A stretch of 64,000 nt of DNA from Candidatus Spongiisociaceae bacterium (GTDB taxonomy: Bacteria; Actinomycetota; Acidimicrobiia; Spongiisociales; Spongiisociaceae), in contig CBDCOH010000002.1 in assembly GCA_965219685.1 (NCBI GenBank), positions 2,400,001 through 2,464,000 on the forward strand, written 5' to 3'. The translations under genes were made by a program, and so were the position numbers. This document shows positions 9,673 to 19,726 of the stretch, piece after piece (within the stretch, counting starts at the first letter, position 1; each line of letters opens with the position of its first letter). The notes under the pieces were generated by a model. The model was not told where the DNA came from. It made no database searches and saw nothing but the letters and a program-made list of their open reading frames with translations.

Positions 9673-10647
9673 TCAGCCCGCCAGAGCGTGCTCGGCAGCA
9701 GAAACGATCCGGGACACCGATGGCATGTAGTGACGTTCTGCGAGCCGCAGTGGAACCACGACATCCCACCCCGTCACTCTCTGCACCGGCGCTCGCAGCG
9801 AATAGAGGGCCCGTTCCTGTATCAGCGCCACGATCTCGGCGCCGTAACCGCCGGTCAGGGGTGCCTCGTGAACGATGACGGCGCGGCCGGTCTTCTCGAC
9901 CGACGAGACGATCAGATCCGCGTCGAGGGGCACGAGGGTTCTCACGTCGACCACCTCGGCGCTCACGCCCTCTTCAGCCAGCTTGGCAGCGGCCTCCCTC
10001 GTCTCGCGCATCATCGCGCCGTAGGAGACGAGTGATACATCGGAGCCCGGTTGCTCGACTACGGCCGAGCCGATGGCCGTCGTGTAGCGGCCACTCGGCA
10101 CCTCGCCCCGGGCCGCCCGGTACAGACGGATCGGCTCCATGAATATGACCGGATCCGGGTCGTCCACCGCCGCGAGGAGCAGACCCTTCGCGTTCTCGGG
10201 CGTGGAGGCAACCACGACCTTGAGGCCCGGAATGTGAGCGTAGATGGCTTCTGTCGACTCGCTGTGGTGCTCGGCGGCTCCTATCCCCGCTCCGAAGGGA
10301 AGCCGGATCACCATGGGGGCGGTGAATCGGTGCCGGGATCGGTTCCGGATCCTGGCAACGTGGTTGATCACCTGGTCGTAGGCCGGATAGGAGAAACCCA
10401 TGAACTGGATCTCGACTATGGGCCGGATTCCGGCAACCGCCATCCCGAAGGCAGCTCCGACTATCCCCGACTCCGCCACCGGGGTGTCGATGACCCGCTC
10501 CGTTCCATGCTTGCGGGCCAGCCCGTCGGTGATCCGGAACACGCCTCCGGTCGTCCCGATGTCCTCCCCCATCACCACCACCCGGGGATCCGACAGGGCG
10601 TGGTCGAGCGCCGAGTTGAGAGCCTGCGCCATGGTCATGACGCTCAT
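9673..10647 (-). CDS. pdhB: 2-oxoacid dehydrogenase E1 beta
   Basis: GEDIG..GGVFR, DTPVAESGI, EHHSES. Confidence 0.93.
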   Translation of the reverse strand: MSVMTMAQALNSALDHALSDPRVVVMGEDIGTTGGVFRITDGLARKHGTERVIDTPVAESGIVGAAFGMAVAGIRPIVEIQFMGFSYPAYDQVINHVARIRNRSRHRFTAPMVIRLPFGAGIGAAEHHSESTEAIYAHIPGLKVVVASTPENAKGLLLAAVDDPDPVIFMEPIRLYRAARGEVPSGRYTTAIGSAVVEQPGSDVSLVSYGAMMRETREAAAKLAEEGVSAEVVDVRTLVPLDADLIVSSVEKTGRAVIVHEAPLTGGYGAEIVALIQERALYSLRAPVQRVTGWDVVVPLRLAERHYMPSVSRIVSAAEHALAG

Positions 10648-11684
10648 CGCCAGCCCCTCTCCGCCAGGCAACGCTGGAGCAACAACGGCGCGGTCGGCTC
10701 CTGGTAGGTGGCGTCGAAGATTTCCCCGGCGCTGAACGACGCTAGTGACTCAGCCTCGGCAACGGCATCCTCGATCCGCTGTGATGCCCGATCCTGCAGG
10801 TCGGCCTGCCACCTGTCGTTCCAGGCTTCCCGCCGCTGCAGCCATAGGCGAACCCGCTCCAGGGGGTCCTTGCCGCGCCACGCGGTGACATCCTCCTGCT
10901 CCCGGTACCGTCGATGGTCGTCTGCAGTGGTGTGGCCGTGAATCCGGTACGTGAGGGCCTCGATCAGCGTCGGGCCCTCACCGGCGCGAGCCCTTGCGAC
11001 CGCCTCGCCGACAACTTCTTCGACGGCCAGGACATCGTTGCCATCGACCATGACTCCCGGAAAGCCGTAGGCCACGGCCTTCTGGGCGATGGTTTCGGAC
11101 GCCGTCTGCCGGGACCGGGGCATGGAGATGGCCCAACCGTTGTTCTGGCACAGGAACACCGTGGGGAGGCGGTAGACGCCCGCGAAGTTCATCGCCTCGT
11201 GGAAGTCCCCCTCCGAGGTGGCCCCGTCCCCGAACATCGTCAGGGCAACGGCATCGGTTCCCATCAGCTTCTCCGCCCAGGCGACCCCCACCGCATGGAT
11301 CATGTGCCCGCCCACCGTTATGGAGGGCGGGAGGACTTTGACACCCTCCGGTGGATGACCGCCCCGCTCGTCGCCCATTCTGGTTAGGAGCAGGTTCGTC
11401 CATGGGTAGCCGTGGAAGCGCATCGCGGCGGCATCCCGGTAGCTGGCCACCAGCCAGTCCCCCTTAGCCAGCGGTGCGACCGCCCCGACCTGGGCAGCCT
11501 CCTGGCCCTCGTAAGGTGCATAGGTGGCGAGGCGACCCTGGCGCTGGAGGGCCGACGCCTTGTGGTCGTAGAGTCGCGCCTCCACGAGCGCTGCGTACCG
11601 GGCGCGCACGGTGCGCACGTCGGGCGCTGTGCGGCCGGTCAGAACACCGTCCGGAGCGAGTATCTGGCGAGGCTTGAGGTGCAT
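10644..11684 (-). CDS. pdhA: 2-oxoacid dehydrogenase E1 alpha
   Basis: LQRQGR, GQEAAQVG, GDGATSEGDF...NN TPP motif, HTTADD. Confidence 0.93.
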   Translation of the reverse strand: MHLKPRQILAPDGVLTGRTAPDVRTVRARYAALVEARLYDHKASALQRQGRLATYAPYEGQEAAQVGAVAPLAKGDWLVASYRDAAAMRFHGYPWTNLLLTRMGDERGGHPPEGVKVLPPSITVGGHMIHAVGVAWAEKLMGTDAVALTMFGDGATSEGDFHEAMNFAGVYRLPTVFLCQNNGWAISMPRSRQTASETIAQKAVAYGFPGVMVDGNDVLAVEEVVGEAVARARAGEGPTLIEALTYRIHGHTTADDHRRYREQEDVTAWRGKDPLERVRLWLQRREAWNDRWQADLQDRASQRIEDAVAEAESLASFSAGEIFDATYQEPTAPLLLQRCLAERGWR

Positions 11685-11706
11685 GTTCGGGAAGGCTACA
11701 GTGTGT

Positions 11707-11740
11707 CGATAACGAATCACGATATCGGATGTCGAGACCA
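11707..11740. promoter_or_regulatory. CGATATCG-N5 operator array, site 2
   Basis: CGATAACG aatca CGATATCG gatgt CGAGACCA between divergent pdhA and ferredoxin; TACAGT at 11697. Confidence 0.8.
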
Positions 11741-11796
11741 TCGGTCGGGAGGGCAGGAATGCACCGCCGTCCCGTGCCGGGTCAGCGGGGATTCAA

Positions 11797-12045
11797 ATGG
11801 CGGACATCGTTGAGCGCAAGGTGGGTGACCTGACCCTCCGGATTGATCGCGACCTGTGCGTCGGATTCGAGCATTGCACGGACGAGTCGCCCACCGCCTT
11901 CCGGCTCGGTGACTACGACGTGGTCGAGTTCGCCGACCCCGAACAGGAGGACAGGTCACGCCTGATCACGGCATCCGAGGTCTGTCCCGTGGACGCACTT
12001 ACCGTGGTCGACTCGGAGGGCAACCAACTGGTTCCGCGAGCCTGA
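11797..12045 (+). CDS. Ferredoxin (probably 3Fe-4S type)
   Basis: IDRDLCVGFEHC...EVCPVDAL (CxxXxxC...CP). Confidence 0.85.
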   Translation: MADIVERKVGDLTLRIDRDLCVGFEHCTDESPTAFRLGDYDVVEFADPEQEDRSRLITASEVCPVDALTVVDSEGNQLVPRA

Positions 12046-12108
12046 GCCGGCCCCCGGGCGGGCGGGAAACGTCGTACGATTGTGAGCAGACCGACGGAAG
12101 GGACCGGG

Positions 12109-12435
12109 ATGAGCAGCGGATCGCTGGTGGAGTTGACGACGGCCGCGGCCGAGAAGGTGATCGAACTCGCCGACGGGGAGGCGGACCGCGCCTACCTGCA
12201 CGTCTATCCCGCGGGCCAGGGATGCTGCCGGACGGTCTACGGCCTCGCGTTCCTACCCCAGGTAGACGACGAGTTCGAGGTGTCCGAGACGCACGGCGTC
12301 AAGGTGGCGGTGGCCACCAAGTCCCGCGATACGGTCCAAGGCGTCGAGATCGACTTCGTGCAAACACCCCAAGGCGATGGGTTCACGGTCATCAACCAGA
12401 ACCCCACCGCAGGCGGTGGCTGCGCCTGCCACTGA
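12109..12435 (+). CDS. HesB/IscA family Fe-S carrier
   Basis: LTTAAAEKV, GQGCC, IDFV..PQGDGF, C-terminal CACH. Confidence 0.85.
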   Translation: MSSGSLVELTTAAAEKVIELADGEADRAYLHVYPAGQGCCRTVYGLAFLPQVDDEFEVSETHGVKVAVATKSRDTVQGVEIDFVQTPQGDGFTVINQNPTAGGGCACH

Positions 12436-12601
12436 AGCCGGGTGCCAGTTGAGTTGTACCCCTCCGAGGAGCGTCACAGGCTTCTCTAACCACTAAGCCA
12501 CCAGCCACCAGGGTGTTACCTCCGGTGAGCGCCCTGCCGGATGTACAAGGCGCTGATCTGGCCGGTCCGTGCATCCCGGTCGCCGATACTCCGAGCCGGC
12601 T

Positions 12602-12635
12602 CGGTATCGGGCTACGATATCGCCAATCAAGGTCG
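12602..12635. promoter_or_regulatory. CGATATCG-N5 operator array, site 3
   Basis: CGGTATCG ggcta CGATATCG ccaat CAAGGTCG upstream of the ABC operon. Confidence 0.78.
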
Positions 12636-12664
12636 CCGCCGGAGAGAACCAGAGGAGGCGGGCT

Positions 12665-13654
12665 ATGTGGGCTTACATCCTGCGACGAGCAGCCCTCGGC
12701 CTTCTCACGTTGTTCGTCATCTCGATCATCTCCTTCATCATCATCCAGCTACCGCCGGGCGATTTCGTGTCAACTGCACTCGCGGAGTTGGCTGAGAGCG
12801 GAACCGAGACCGCAGACGAGTTCGCGGCGCAACTCCGCGCGGAGTACGGGCTGGATCGCCCGCTCGTGGTCCAGTACGGCATCTGGATGAGCCGGGTGCT
12901 GAGGGGCAACCTCGGTACGTCGTTCTTCTACCAGAAACCCGTGGTGGAGGTGATCGGGGATCGGTTGCCGCTCAGCATGCTGGTGTCGATCTCGGCGCTC
13001 GTCTTCACCCTGCTGATCGCGATCCCCATCGGTATCTACTCCGCGGTCCGCCAGTACTCGGTCGGCGACCACATAGCCACGTTCTTCGGCTTCCTCGGCC
13101 TGGCCACGCCCAACTTCCTTCTCGCCCTGGTGCTGTTGTACGTGGGTTTCCTATGGCTCGACGTCTCCTTGGCAGGTCTGTTCTCGGCCGAATACGCGAC
13201 CGCGCCATGGAGCCTCGCCAAGATCGGAGACCTCCTGGTTCACCTTCCGATTCCGGCCATCGTGCTGGGGACCGCGGGAGCAGCGCAATTGATCCGGATC
13301 ACCCGGGCCAACCTGCTGGACGAGAAGCGCCAGCCCTACGTGACGACCGCCCGGGCGAAGGGCCTGTCGAACCGCCGGGCCATAGGCAAGTATCCGGTCA
13401 GGGTGACGATGAATCCGGTCGCGAGCTCGGTGGGCCTGCTGTTTCCCAGCATCGTCTCGGGTGCGGTGATCGTGTCGGTGGTGCTGAGCCTCCCCACGAT
13501 GGGTCCGGTCCTGCTGAGTTCTTTGCTCAGCCAGGACATGTACCTCGCCGGGGCCATCATCCTCCTGCTGGGCGCGTTCACGGTACTCGGGGTGTTCCTC
13601 TCCGACCTTGTCCTGATGTGGCTCGATCCCCGCATCCGCCATGGCCACTACTGA
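12665..13654 (+). CDS. Peptide/nickel ABC transporter permease (DppB-like)
   Basis: YILRR, LPPGD, YGLDRPL..QY, YVTTARAKGL, LDPRIR. Confidence 0.93.
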   Translation: MWAYILRRAALGLLTLFVISIISFIIIQLPPGDFVSTALAELAESGTETADEFAAQLRAEYGLDRPLVVQYGIWMSRVLRGNLGTSFFYQKPVVEVIGDRLPLSMLVSISALVFTLLIAIPIGIYSAVRQYSVGDHIATFFGFLGLATPNFLLALVLLYVGFLWLDVSLAGLFSAEYATAPWSLAKIGDLLVHLPIPAIVLGTAGAAQLIRITRANLLDEKRQPYVTTARAKGLSNRRAIGKYPVRVTMNPVASSVGLLFPSIVSGAVIVSVVLSLPTMGPVLLSSLLSQDMYLAGAIILLLGAFTVLGVFLSDLVLMWLDPRIRHGHY

Positions 13655-14819
13655 CGAGAGCCGCCAATCCGCCCCTACCGGAGCAGGGTTGCCAACCAAG
13701 CGCGGTTCGACGGCGGACAGCGATCGGGACGGCGTCTATGTCGCACCGCAGTGGAAGCTCATGTGGTGGAGGTTCCGCAAACACAGGGTCGCGGTGAGCG
13801 CCGGTGTGGTCGTGGGTGCCTTCTACCTGGTCGCGCTGCTCGCCAACTTCATCGCCTACTCGGATCCCGAGGACTCCCGAGCCGAGCAGTCATTCGTGCC
13901 GCCCAGCCCGATCCACTGGTTCCAGGATGACGGCTCCTTCTCCCCCCATGTCCACCCGCTGGTCGGCGAGCGCGATTTCGAGACCTTCAAGAAGGTCTGG
14001 ACAGCCGACGAATCTGTGTCCATCCCGATCCGTCTGTTCGCTCGCGGCTACGAGTACCGGTTGTTCGGTGTCTTCGACACCGACGTTCACCTGATCGGGG
14101 TCCCTGACGAGTACGAAGCGGAGTCCACGATCTTCCTACTCGGAAGCGACAACTTCGGCCGGGACATCTTCTCGCGGCTGGTCCTCGCCACCCGAACCTC
14201 CCTGACGATAGGACTGGTCGGAGTGTTCCTAAGTCTCGTTCTGGGCGTCACCCTCGGGGGGATCTCCGGCTATTACGGTGGCATCACCGACTCGCTGATC
14301 CAGCGGGTGATCGAGATACTGCGCTCGGTTCCCGTGATACCCCTCTGGCTGGGCATCGCGGCGGCGCTGCCACAGACTTGGAGTCCAACCCGGATCTACT
14401 TCTCGATCACCATCATCATCTCGCTCATCGGATGGACGGCCCTGGCCCGCGAAGTCCGGGGAAGGTTCCTGCAGCTACGCCATGAAGACTTCATAATGGC
14501 CGCTCAACTGTGCGGGGCCGGCGACCGGCGCATCATCCGGGTCCACATGGTCCCCCTCATGACCAGCCACATCATCGCCGCCACCACCCTGGCGGTGCCG
14601 CTCATGATCATCGCTGAGACGTCACTCAGTTTCCTGGGTCTCGGACTGCGACCGCCCGCCATATCCTGGGGGGTCATGCTTCAGGACGCCCAGAATGTCC
14701 AGACTGTCGCCCAAGCGATCTGGATGCTCATACCCGTGGCACCGGTGATCCTGGCCGTGCTGACCTTCAACTTCCTCGGCGACGGTGTCCGGGACGCGGC
14801 CGATCCCTATGCAGCCTGA
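13641..14819 (+). CDS. Peptide/nickel ABC transporter permease (DppC-like)
   Basis: WWRFRKH, LGSDNFGRDIFSR, ETSLSFLGLG, NFLGDGVRDAADP. Confidence 0.93.
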   Translation: MATTDESRQSAPTGAGLPTKRGSTADSDRDGVYVAPQWKLMWWRFRKHRVAVSAGVVVGAFYLVALLANFIAYSDPEDSRAEQSFVPPSPIHWFQDDGSFSPHVHPLVGERDFETFKKVWTADESVSIPIRLFARGYEYRLFGVFDTDVHLIGVPDEYEAESTIFLLGSDNFGRDIFSRLVLATRTSLTIGLVGVFLSLVLGVTLGGISGYYGGITDSLIQRVIEILRSVPVIPLWLGIAAALPQTWSPTRIYFSITIIISLIGWTALAREVRGRFLQLRHEDFIMAAQLCGAGDRRIIRVHMVPLMTSHIIAATTLAVPLMIIAETSLSFLGLGLRPPAISWGVMLQDAQNVQTVAQAIWMLIPVAPVILAVLTFNFLGDGVRDAADPYAA

Positions 14820-15858
14820 CGTGCGGACCGACCCCCCGCTGCTCTCGGTGCGGAACCTCAGAACGTACTTCCTGGCCGACGAGGGAACCACCAAGGCGGT
14901 CGATGGCGTGAGCTTCGACGTGTTGGCAGGCCGGACGCTCGGGATCGTCGGAGAGAGCGGCTGCGGGAAGAGTGTCACCGCGCAGTCGATTCTGCGAATC
15001 GTCGACGACCCGGGCCGGATCGTCGACGGCGAGATCCTCTTGTCCCGCAACGGTGGGAGGCCGGTCGATCTGGTGAAGCAGCGCAAGAACGGGAAGTTCA
15101 TGCGTTCGGTGCGCGGAGGTGAGATCGGGCTGGTGTTCCAGGAACCGATGACGTCGTTCAGCCCGGTCCATACCATCGGCAACCAACTCGTCGAAGCCAT
15201 TCGCCTCCACGACAGCCTGACGAAGAGACAGGCCAGGGACAAGGCGACCGATCTGCTCACCATGGTGGGAATCCCCCGACCCGCCTCGACCCTGGACCAG
15301 TACAGCTGGGAACTCTCCGGGGGTCTTCGCCAGCGTGCCATGATCGCCCACGCTCTCGCACCGGACCCCAGACTGCTGATCGCAGATGAGCCGACCACTG
15401 CGCTGGACGTCACGACCCAGGCCCAGATCCTCGACCTCATGATGTCCCTCCAGGACGAACGGTCGATGGCCGTGATGCTCATCACCCATGACCTCGGAGT
15501 CATCGCCGAGACCGCCGACGAGGTGGTGGTCATGTATCTGGGTCGCGAGGTAGAGAAGGGTTCGGTGGAGGACATCTTCTACGATCCCCAGCATCCCTAC
15601 ACGCGGGCGTTGTTGCGTTCCATACCTTCCCTGGACGCGGCGCCGAAACTCAAGCTTCCCGCCATTACCGGATCTGTCCCCCATCCGTTCGACCGCCCGT
15701 CCGGGTGCGGCTTCCATCCCAGGTGCCCGGAAGCCATGGAAGGCTTGTGCGACATCGTAGAGCCGGCGACCTGGACACCTGCCGATGGCCGGGAGGTGGC
15801 ATGCCATCTCTTCGGCGATCACCAGACGGTCGTATCCCTCGAGGGGAGGCGGTCATGA
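14809..15858 (+). CDS. ABC transporter ATPase (DppD-like)
   Basis: [25 protein letters not shown]-terminal GCGFHPRC. Confidence 0.94.
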   Translation: MQPDVRTDPPLLSVRNLRTYFLADEGTTKAVDGVSFDVLAGRTLGIVGESGCGKSVTAQSILRIVDDPGRIVDGEILLSRNGGRPVDLVKQRKNGKFMRSVRGGEIGLVFQEPMTSFSPVHTIGNQLVEAIRLHDSLTKRQARDKATDLLTMVGIPRPASTLDQYSWELSGGLRQRAMIAHALAPDPRLLIADEPTTALDVTTQAQILDLMMSLQDERSMAVMLITHDLGVIAETADEVVVMYLGREVEKGSVEDIFYDPQHPYTRALLRSIPSLDAAPKLKLPAITGSVPHPFDRPSGCGFHPRCPEAMEGLCDIVEPATWTPADGREVACHLFGDHQTVVSLEGRRS

Positions 15859-16907
15859 CCCCGGTTGGCGGCGCCGGCCCGGATCCCGACCACCAGCGCG
15901 AGAACATCCTCGAGGTCCGCGATCTCAAGAAACACTTTCCGATCAGGGTCGGCTTCACTAATCGGGTAGCGGGTCACGTACGGGCCGTCGATGGGATCAG
16001 CTTCGATGTGCGCCGGGGAGAGACCCTGGCCCTGGTGGGTGAGAGCGGGTCGGGCAAGACCACCACCGTCCGATGCATCGTGCGGGCTCTCGAGCCGACC
16101 GCCGGCCAGATACGGTTCCGGACCGATTCCGGCTCATGGATCGAACTCGGCGATCTCTCCAGGCGGGAACTCCGCCCGCTGCGTCCCCAGATGCAGATGG
16201 TGTTCCAGGACCCTCGTTCTTCCCTGAACCCCAGGATGACCGTGCTCGACATCATCGGCGAACCGTTGCTGCTCAACGGGATGGAGAACCGTCGCGACCG
16301 CATCGATCGGGTCGAGGAGTTGCTCCGGTTGGTAAGGCTGCGTCCGGAGTACATGCGGAGATTCCCGCACGCATTCAGCGGTGGTCAGCGGCAGAGGATC
16401 GGAATCGCCCGGGCGTTGGCGTTGAACCCGCGCCTGGTGATAGCCGACGAGCCCGTGTCGGCTCTCGATGTCTCCGTTCAGGCACAAACGCTCAACCTGC
16501 TACTCGAGCTTCAGGAGCAGCTGGGTCTCACCTACATATTCGTCGCCCACGACCTGAGCGTGGTCAAGCACATCAGTGACCGCGTGGCGGTCATGTACGT
16601 GGGGAAGATCGTGGAGATCGGAGAACGCGATGACGTCTTCTTCGATCCCAAGCATCCCTACACAGCAGCTCTCCTGAACTCGGTACCGCGCACTGATCCC
16701 AGAGTGCGCCGGACGAGGATCCCTCTGCGGGGAGAGGTTGCCGATCCGGCCAACCCTCCCCCGGGCTGCCACTTCCATCCGAGGTGTGCTCACGCCATCG
16801 ACCGGTGCCGTACCGAGACTCCTGCCGCCGAGGTTCTGGAGGGGGCACGGCGCGTCGAGTGCCTTCGGGTAGCCGAGTTGGACCTGCCAGGTATCGGTAC
16901 CGGCTGA
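15855..16907 (+). CDS. ABC transporter ATPase (DppF-like)
   Basis: [32 protein letters not shown]. Confidence 0.94.
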   Translation: MTPVGGAGPDPDHQRENILEVRDLKKHFPIRVGFTNRVAGHVRAVDGISFDVRRGETLALVGESGSGKTTTVRCIVRALEPTAGQIRFRTDSGSWIELGDLSRRELRPLRPQMQMVFQDPRSSLNPRMTVLDIIGEPLLLNGMENRRDRIDRVEELLRLVRLRPEYMRRFPHAFSGGQRQRIGIARALALNPRLVIADEPVSALDVSVQAQTLNLLLELQEQLGLTYIFVAHDLSVVKHISDRVAVMYVGKIVEIGERDDVFFDPKHPYTAALLNSVPRTDPRVRRTRIPLRGEVADPANPPPGCHFHPRCAHAIDRCRTETPAAEVLEGARRVECLRVAELDLPGIGTG

Positions 16908-17000
16908 CCCGATCTGCAACCCTCGATACAACCCCGATCCGGCGGCCTCCCCAGCAACCTTGCGAACCCCCGAAACCAGTTGACACTCCGGCTGGCGCGC

Positions 17001-17034
17001 GGATATCGTGAGTCGTTATCGGGATGTGATACCA
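17001..17034. promoter_or_regulatory. CGATATCG-N5 operator array, site 4
   Basis: GGATATCG tgagt CGTTATCG ggatg TGATACCA upstream of the substrate-binding protein gene. Confidence 0.78.
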
Positions 17035-17102
17035 ACAGGACTAGGCCTACCGATGGAAGGGCTGCCCCGACCCGTTAAGGCGTAGGCGGAGGAGGTTCTT
17101 CG

Positions 17103-19352
17103 ATGGCGGCAGACAACACCCGAGGTAACGACGGTCTTTCGAGACGCCGTTTCCTGAAGCTGGCAGGTGGAAGCGTAGGGGGCGCCATCGTGATCGCTGC
17201 CTGCGGAGCGGACGAGACGGATCCGGCGCCCCAGACCACCGCCGCCGCCACGCCCACGAGCGCGGCCCCGGAGACGACCCAGGCGGCCACCACGGAGACA
17301 ACCGCAGCCGCCGCCGCGGACGGAACCACCACCACGGCCGCTGCCGGCGAGGCACCCGCGACCACAGCCGCGGCAGTCGTAGAGGAAACGACTACCACTA
17401 CCCGCGCTATCGAGCGGGGTTTGCCCGAGATCGAGGGTCACATCGTGATCACCGATCCTGCCCGGTATCCCACGAGCTTCAACGAGTCGCCGGAGATGGC
17501 GGCCCGGGTGGCGGCGGGCGAGCTCCCACCGGTTGGCGAGCGTGTGCCCAAGAATCCCTTGGTGGTCGAGCCGGTTCACGAGATCGGCAGCTACGGAGGG
17601 CGTGAGTTGCGCCGCGGCTACATATCCACGGTCAACGACCGCCAGAACGCCAACCGGTTCAACGGTGGCCCCGACAACCTCATCTACTGGGACTACCTGC
17701 ACAAGGAGCTCATCCCCAATGTCGCGGCCGGCTTCGAGGTCAACGCCGATGCCACCGTCCTTACGATCTACCTGCGCGAAGGGATGAAGTGGTCCGACGG
17801 GGCGTCGTTCACGGCCGACGACATCGTCTGGTGGCGGGACCACATGAGCCTGAACTCCAATGTGACCAACCCCCCTGGCCAGTTGCGCGTCGGTGGAGAG
17901 CATATGGCCGTGGAGAAGGTAGACGACTACACGGTCACGTTTACGTCGGTCGCGCCGTATCCGCTGCTTCCCCAAATTATGGCTGGGTGGGGATCCATCA
18001 ACGGTCAGAGCATCACCGGCCAGTTCGGACTCGGAGGGTACGCACCGGCCCACTACCTGCAGCAGTTCCACGCCGACTTCAATGCTGACGCCGACCAGAT
18101 GGCCAAGGACGCCGGCCAGGAGAACTGGGGCGCCTACCTCAAGAACCGCAACACCTGGCAGTTGAATCCAGAACTCCCGACCGTGACGCCCTGGGTGATG
18201 ACCCGGCCCATCAACGACCCGCCATGGGAGTTCGAGGCCAACCCGTACAGCATCTGGGTGGACACGGCCGGCAACCAGCTGCCCTACATCCACAAGATAA
18301 GCATGGCCGGCGCCGAGGACCGGGAAGTACTGGTGCTCAACGCGGTCGCCGGAGAGTACGACTTCCAGGACCGCCATCTACAGGTGGCGAGCCTTCCGGT
18401 GTTGCTCGAGAACCAGGAGCGGAGCGGGTACACCATCCACCGGACCCCCGGTGAGGAATCCGACTTCGGGGTGCGGATCAACCTTGCCTACAACACGGAC
18501 CCGGTCATCGGCGAGTTGATCCGGACCGCCGACTTCAGAAGAGCCCTGTCGATGGGAATCGACCGGGACGAAATCAACGAGGCGATCTTCCTGGGGACGA
18601 GCCAGCCCACCTCACCGGCTCCCTCACCCAACAACGCGTACTATCCCGGCCCCGAGTGGACCACCAGGTGGGCGACCCTGGATGTCGGTGCGGCCAACGC
18701 GTTGCTGGACGGGATCGGCTTGACGGAGAAGGACGGCGACGGCTTCCGGCTGCGTCCCGATGGGAGCGGCGACCGGCTCGTGCTGGTGTACGAGGCTCCG
18801 GCGAGCTTCGCCGACTTCCCCGCAGCCGGCCAGTTGATCCGTGAGCATTGGAAGGAAATCGGTATCGACCTGAGTGCCGGCCCCGCCGTCACGGGCGGTC
18901 TGCTGGTGGAGAAGGCCGAGGCCAACGAGATCATGCTCTCCGGTCACGTGGTCTCGTCCCCCGATCCGTTCCGGCAGCAGGACCTGATCATGCCGACCCG
19001 GACCAACAACTATCCGGGCCTCATCGGGATCCCCTACGCCAGGTGGCGTGCCACCGACGGCGCCGAAGGTGCCGAACCGCCCGATCAACTGATGATCAAG
19101 GAGGGTTGGGCCCTGCTCGATGAGGGTCTGGTGGCCACGGACGAGGCGGAGCGGATCCGTATCGGCCAGGAGATCTACAAGCTCCACGTCGATCAGGTCT
19201 GGTCCATCGGCGTGGTCGGCTTCGGCATGGCGATCTACGGGATGTACCTGTCCAACAACAACCTGGGCAACGTCCCGAACCGGATCCTCAACACGCTGGA
19301 CCAGCGCTCCCCTTCCAACGCCCTCCCACCCGGCTTCTACTGGAAGTCCTGA
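17103..19352 (+). CDS. ABC substrate-binding lipoprotein, family 5, Tat-exported
   Basis: SRRRFLK Tat motif, IAAC lipobox, Thr/Ala-rich linker, GELPPVGERVP, LREGMKWSDG..FTADD. Confidence 0.92.
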   Translation: MAADNTRGNDGLSRRRFLKLAGGSVGGAIVIAACGADETDPAPQTTAAATPTSAAPETTQAATTETTAAAAADGTTTTAAAGEAPATTAAAVVEETTTTTRAIERGLPEIEGHIVITDPARYPTSFNESPEMAARVAAGELPPVGERVPKNPLVVEPVHEIGSYGGRELRRGYISTVNDRQNANRFNGGPDNLIYWDYLHKELIPNVAAGFEVNADATVLTIYLREGMKWSDGASFTADDIVWWRDHMSLNSNVTNPPGQLRVGGEHMAVEKVDDYTVTFTSVAPYPLLPQIMAGWGSINGQSITGQFGLGGYAPAHYLQQFHADFNADADQMAKDAGQENWGAYLKNRNTWQLNPELPTVTPWVMTRPINDPPWEFEANPYSIWVDTAGNQLPYIHKISMAGAEDREVLVLNAVAGEYDFQDRHLQVASLPVLLENQERSGYTIHRTPGEESDFGVRINLAYNTDPVIGELIRTADFRRALSMGIDRDEINEAIFLGTSQPTSPAPSPNNAYYPGPEWTTRWATLDVGAANALLDGIGLTEKDGDGFRLRPDGSGDRLVLVYEAPASFADFPAAGQLIREHWKEIGIDLSAGPAVTGGLLVEKAEANEIMLSGHVVSSPDPFRQQDLIMPTRTNNYPGLIGIPYARWRATDGAEGAEPPDQLMIKEGWALLDEGLVATDEAERIRIGQEIYKLHVDQVWSIGVVGFGMAIYGMYLSNNNLGNVPNRILNTLDQRSPSNALPPGFYWKS

Positions 19353-19361
19353 CACCGACAA

Positions 19362-19401
19362 CGCAGGCGAGGGTGGCCCGCTCGGGCCACCCTCGCCTGC
19401 G
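19362..19401. terminator. Perfect 18-bp hairpin after the SBP gene (terminator or mRNA stabiliser)
   Basis: CGCAGGCGAGGGTGGCCC-GCTC-GGGCCACCCTCGCCTGCG, no U-tract. Confidence 0.7.
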
Positions 19402-19479
19402 CACCGGATCCAACCACCATCCCGACGCCGACGCCTCATCCCACCACGAACACGAACCGGCGGCCACCAACCACCCGAA

Positions 19480-19536
19480 CTGACACCAACTACCAATCAC
19501 TAACTATCGTCTACCAACTACCGACTAGGAACTAGT
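19480..19536 (-). repeat. Degenerate heptamer array (GGTAGTT-like)
   Basis: Minus strand after the stop: ACTAGTT CCTAGTC GGTAGTT GGTAGAC GATAGTT AGTGATT GGTAGTT. Confidence 0.65.
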
Positions 19537-19539
19537 CCC

Positions 19540-19725
19540 CTAGGAGGGAAGAGGGCGCCGGCGGCGCTCGATGCGCCCGATGACGGCCATCCACAATCCC
19601 GATCCGATGACCAGCGCGGCGCCGAACGCGGCTTGGCCCCAGGTGCGCCAGATGAGCGCGAAGAACAGCAACACGATACCCAGTCCCATCGGTAGCAGGG
19701 CTATCAACTTGACCAGCTTCAGCAC
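19540..19725 (-). CDS. Small two-TM membrane protein
   Basis: Two hydrophobic helices; GAGGAGG RBS; directly follows the upstream gene. Confidence 0.6.
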   Translation of the reverse strand: MLKLVKLIALLPMGLGIVLLFFALIWRTWGQAAFGAALVIGSGLWMAVIGRIERRRRPLPS

Positions 19726-19726
19726 G

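Noticed and set aside
17016-19496. Long antisense ORFs (e.g. 17016..18377, 18624..19496; also 57460..58980, 60472..62067)
   Set aside because: Shadow frames of real high-GC genes with no recognisable motifs
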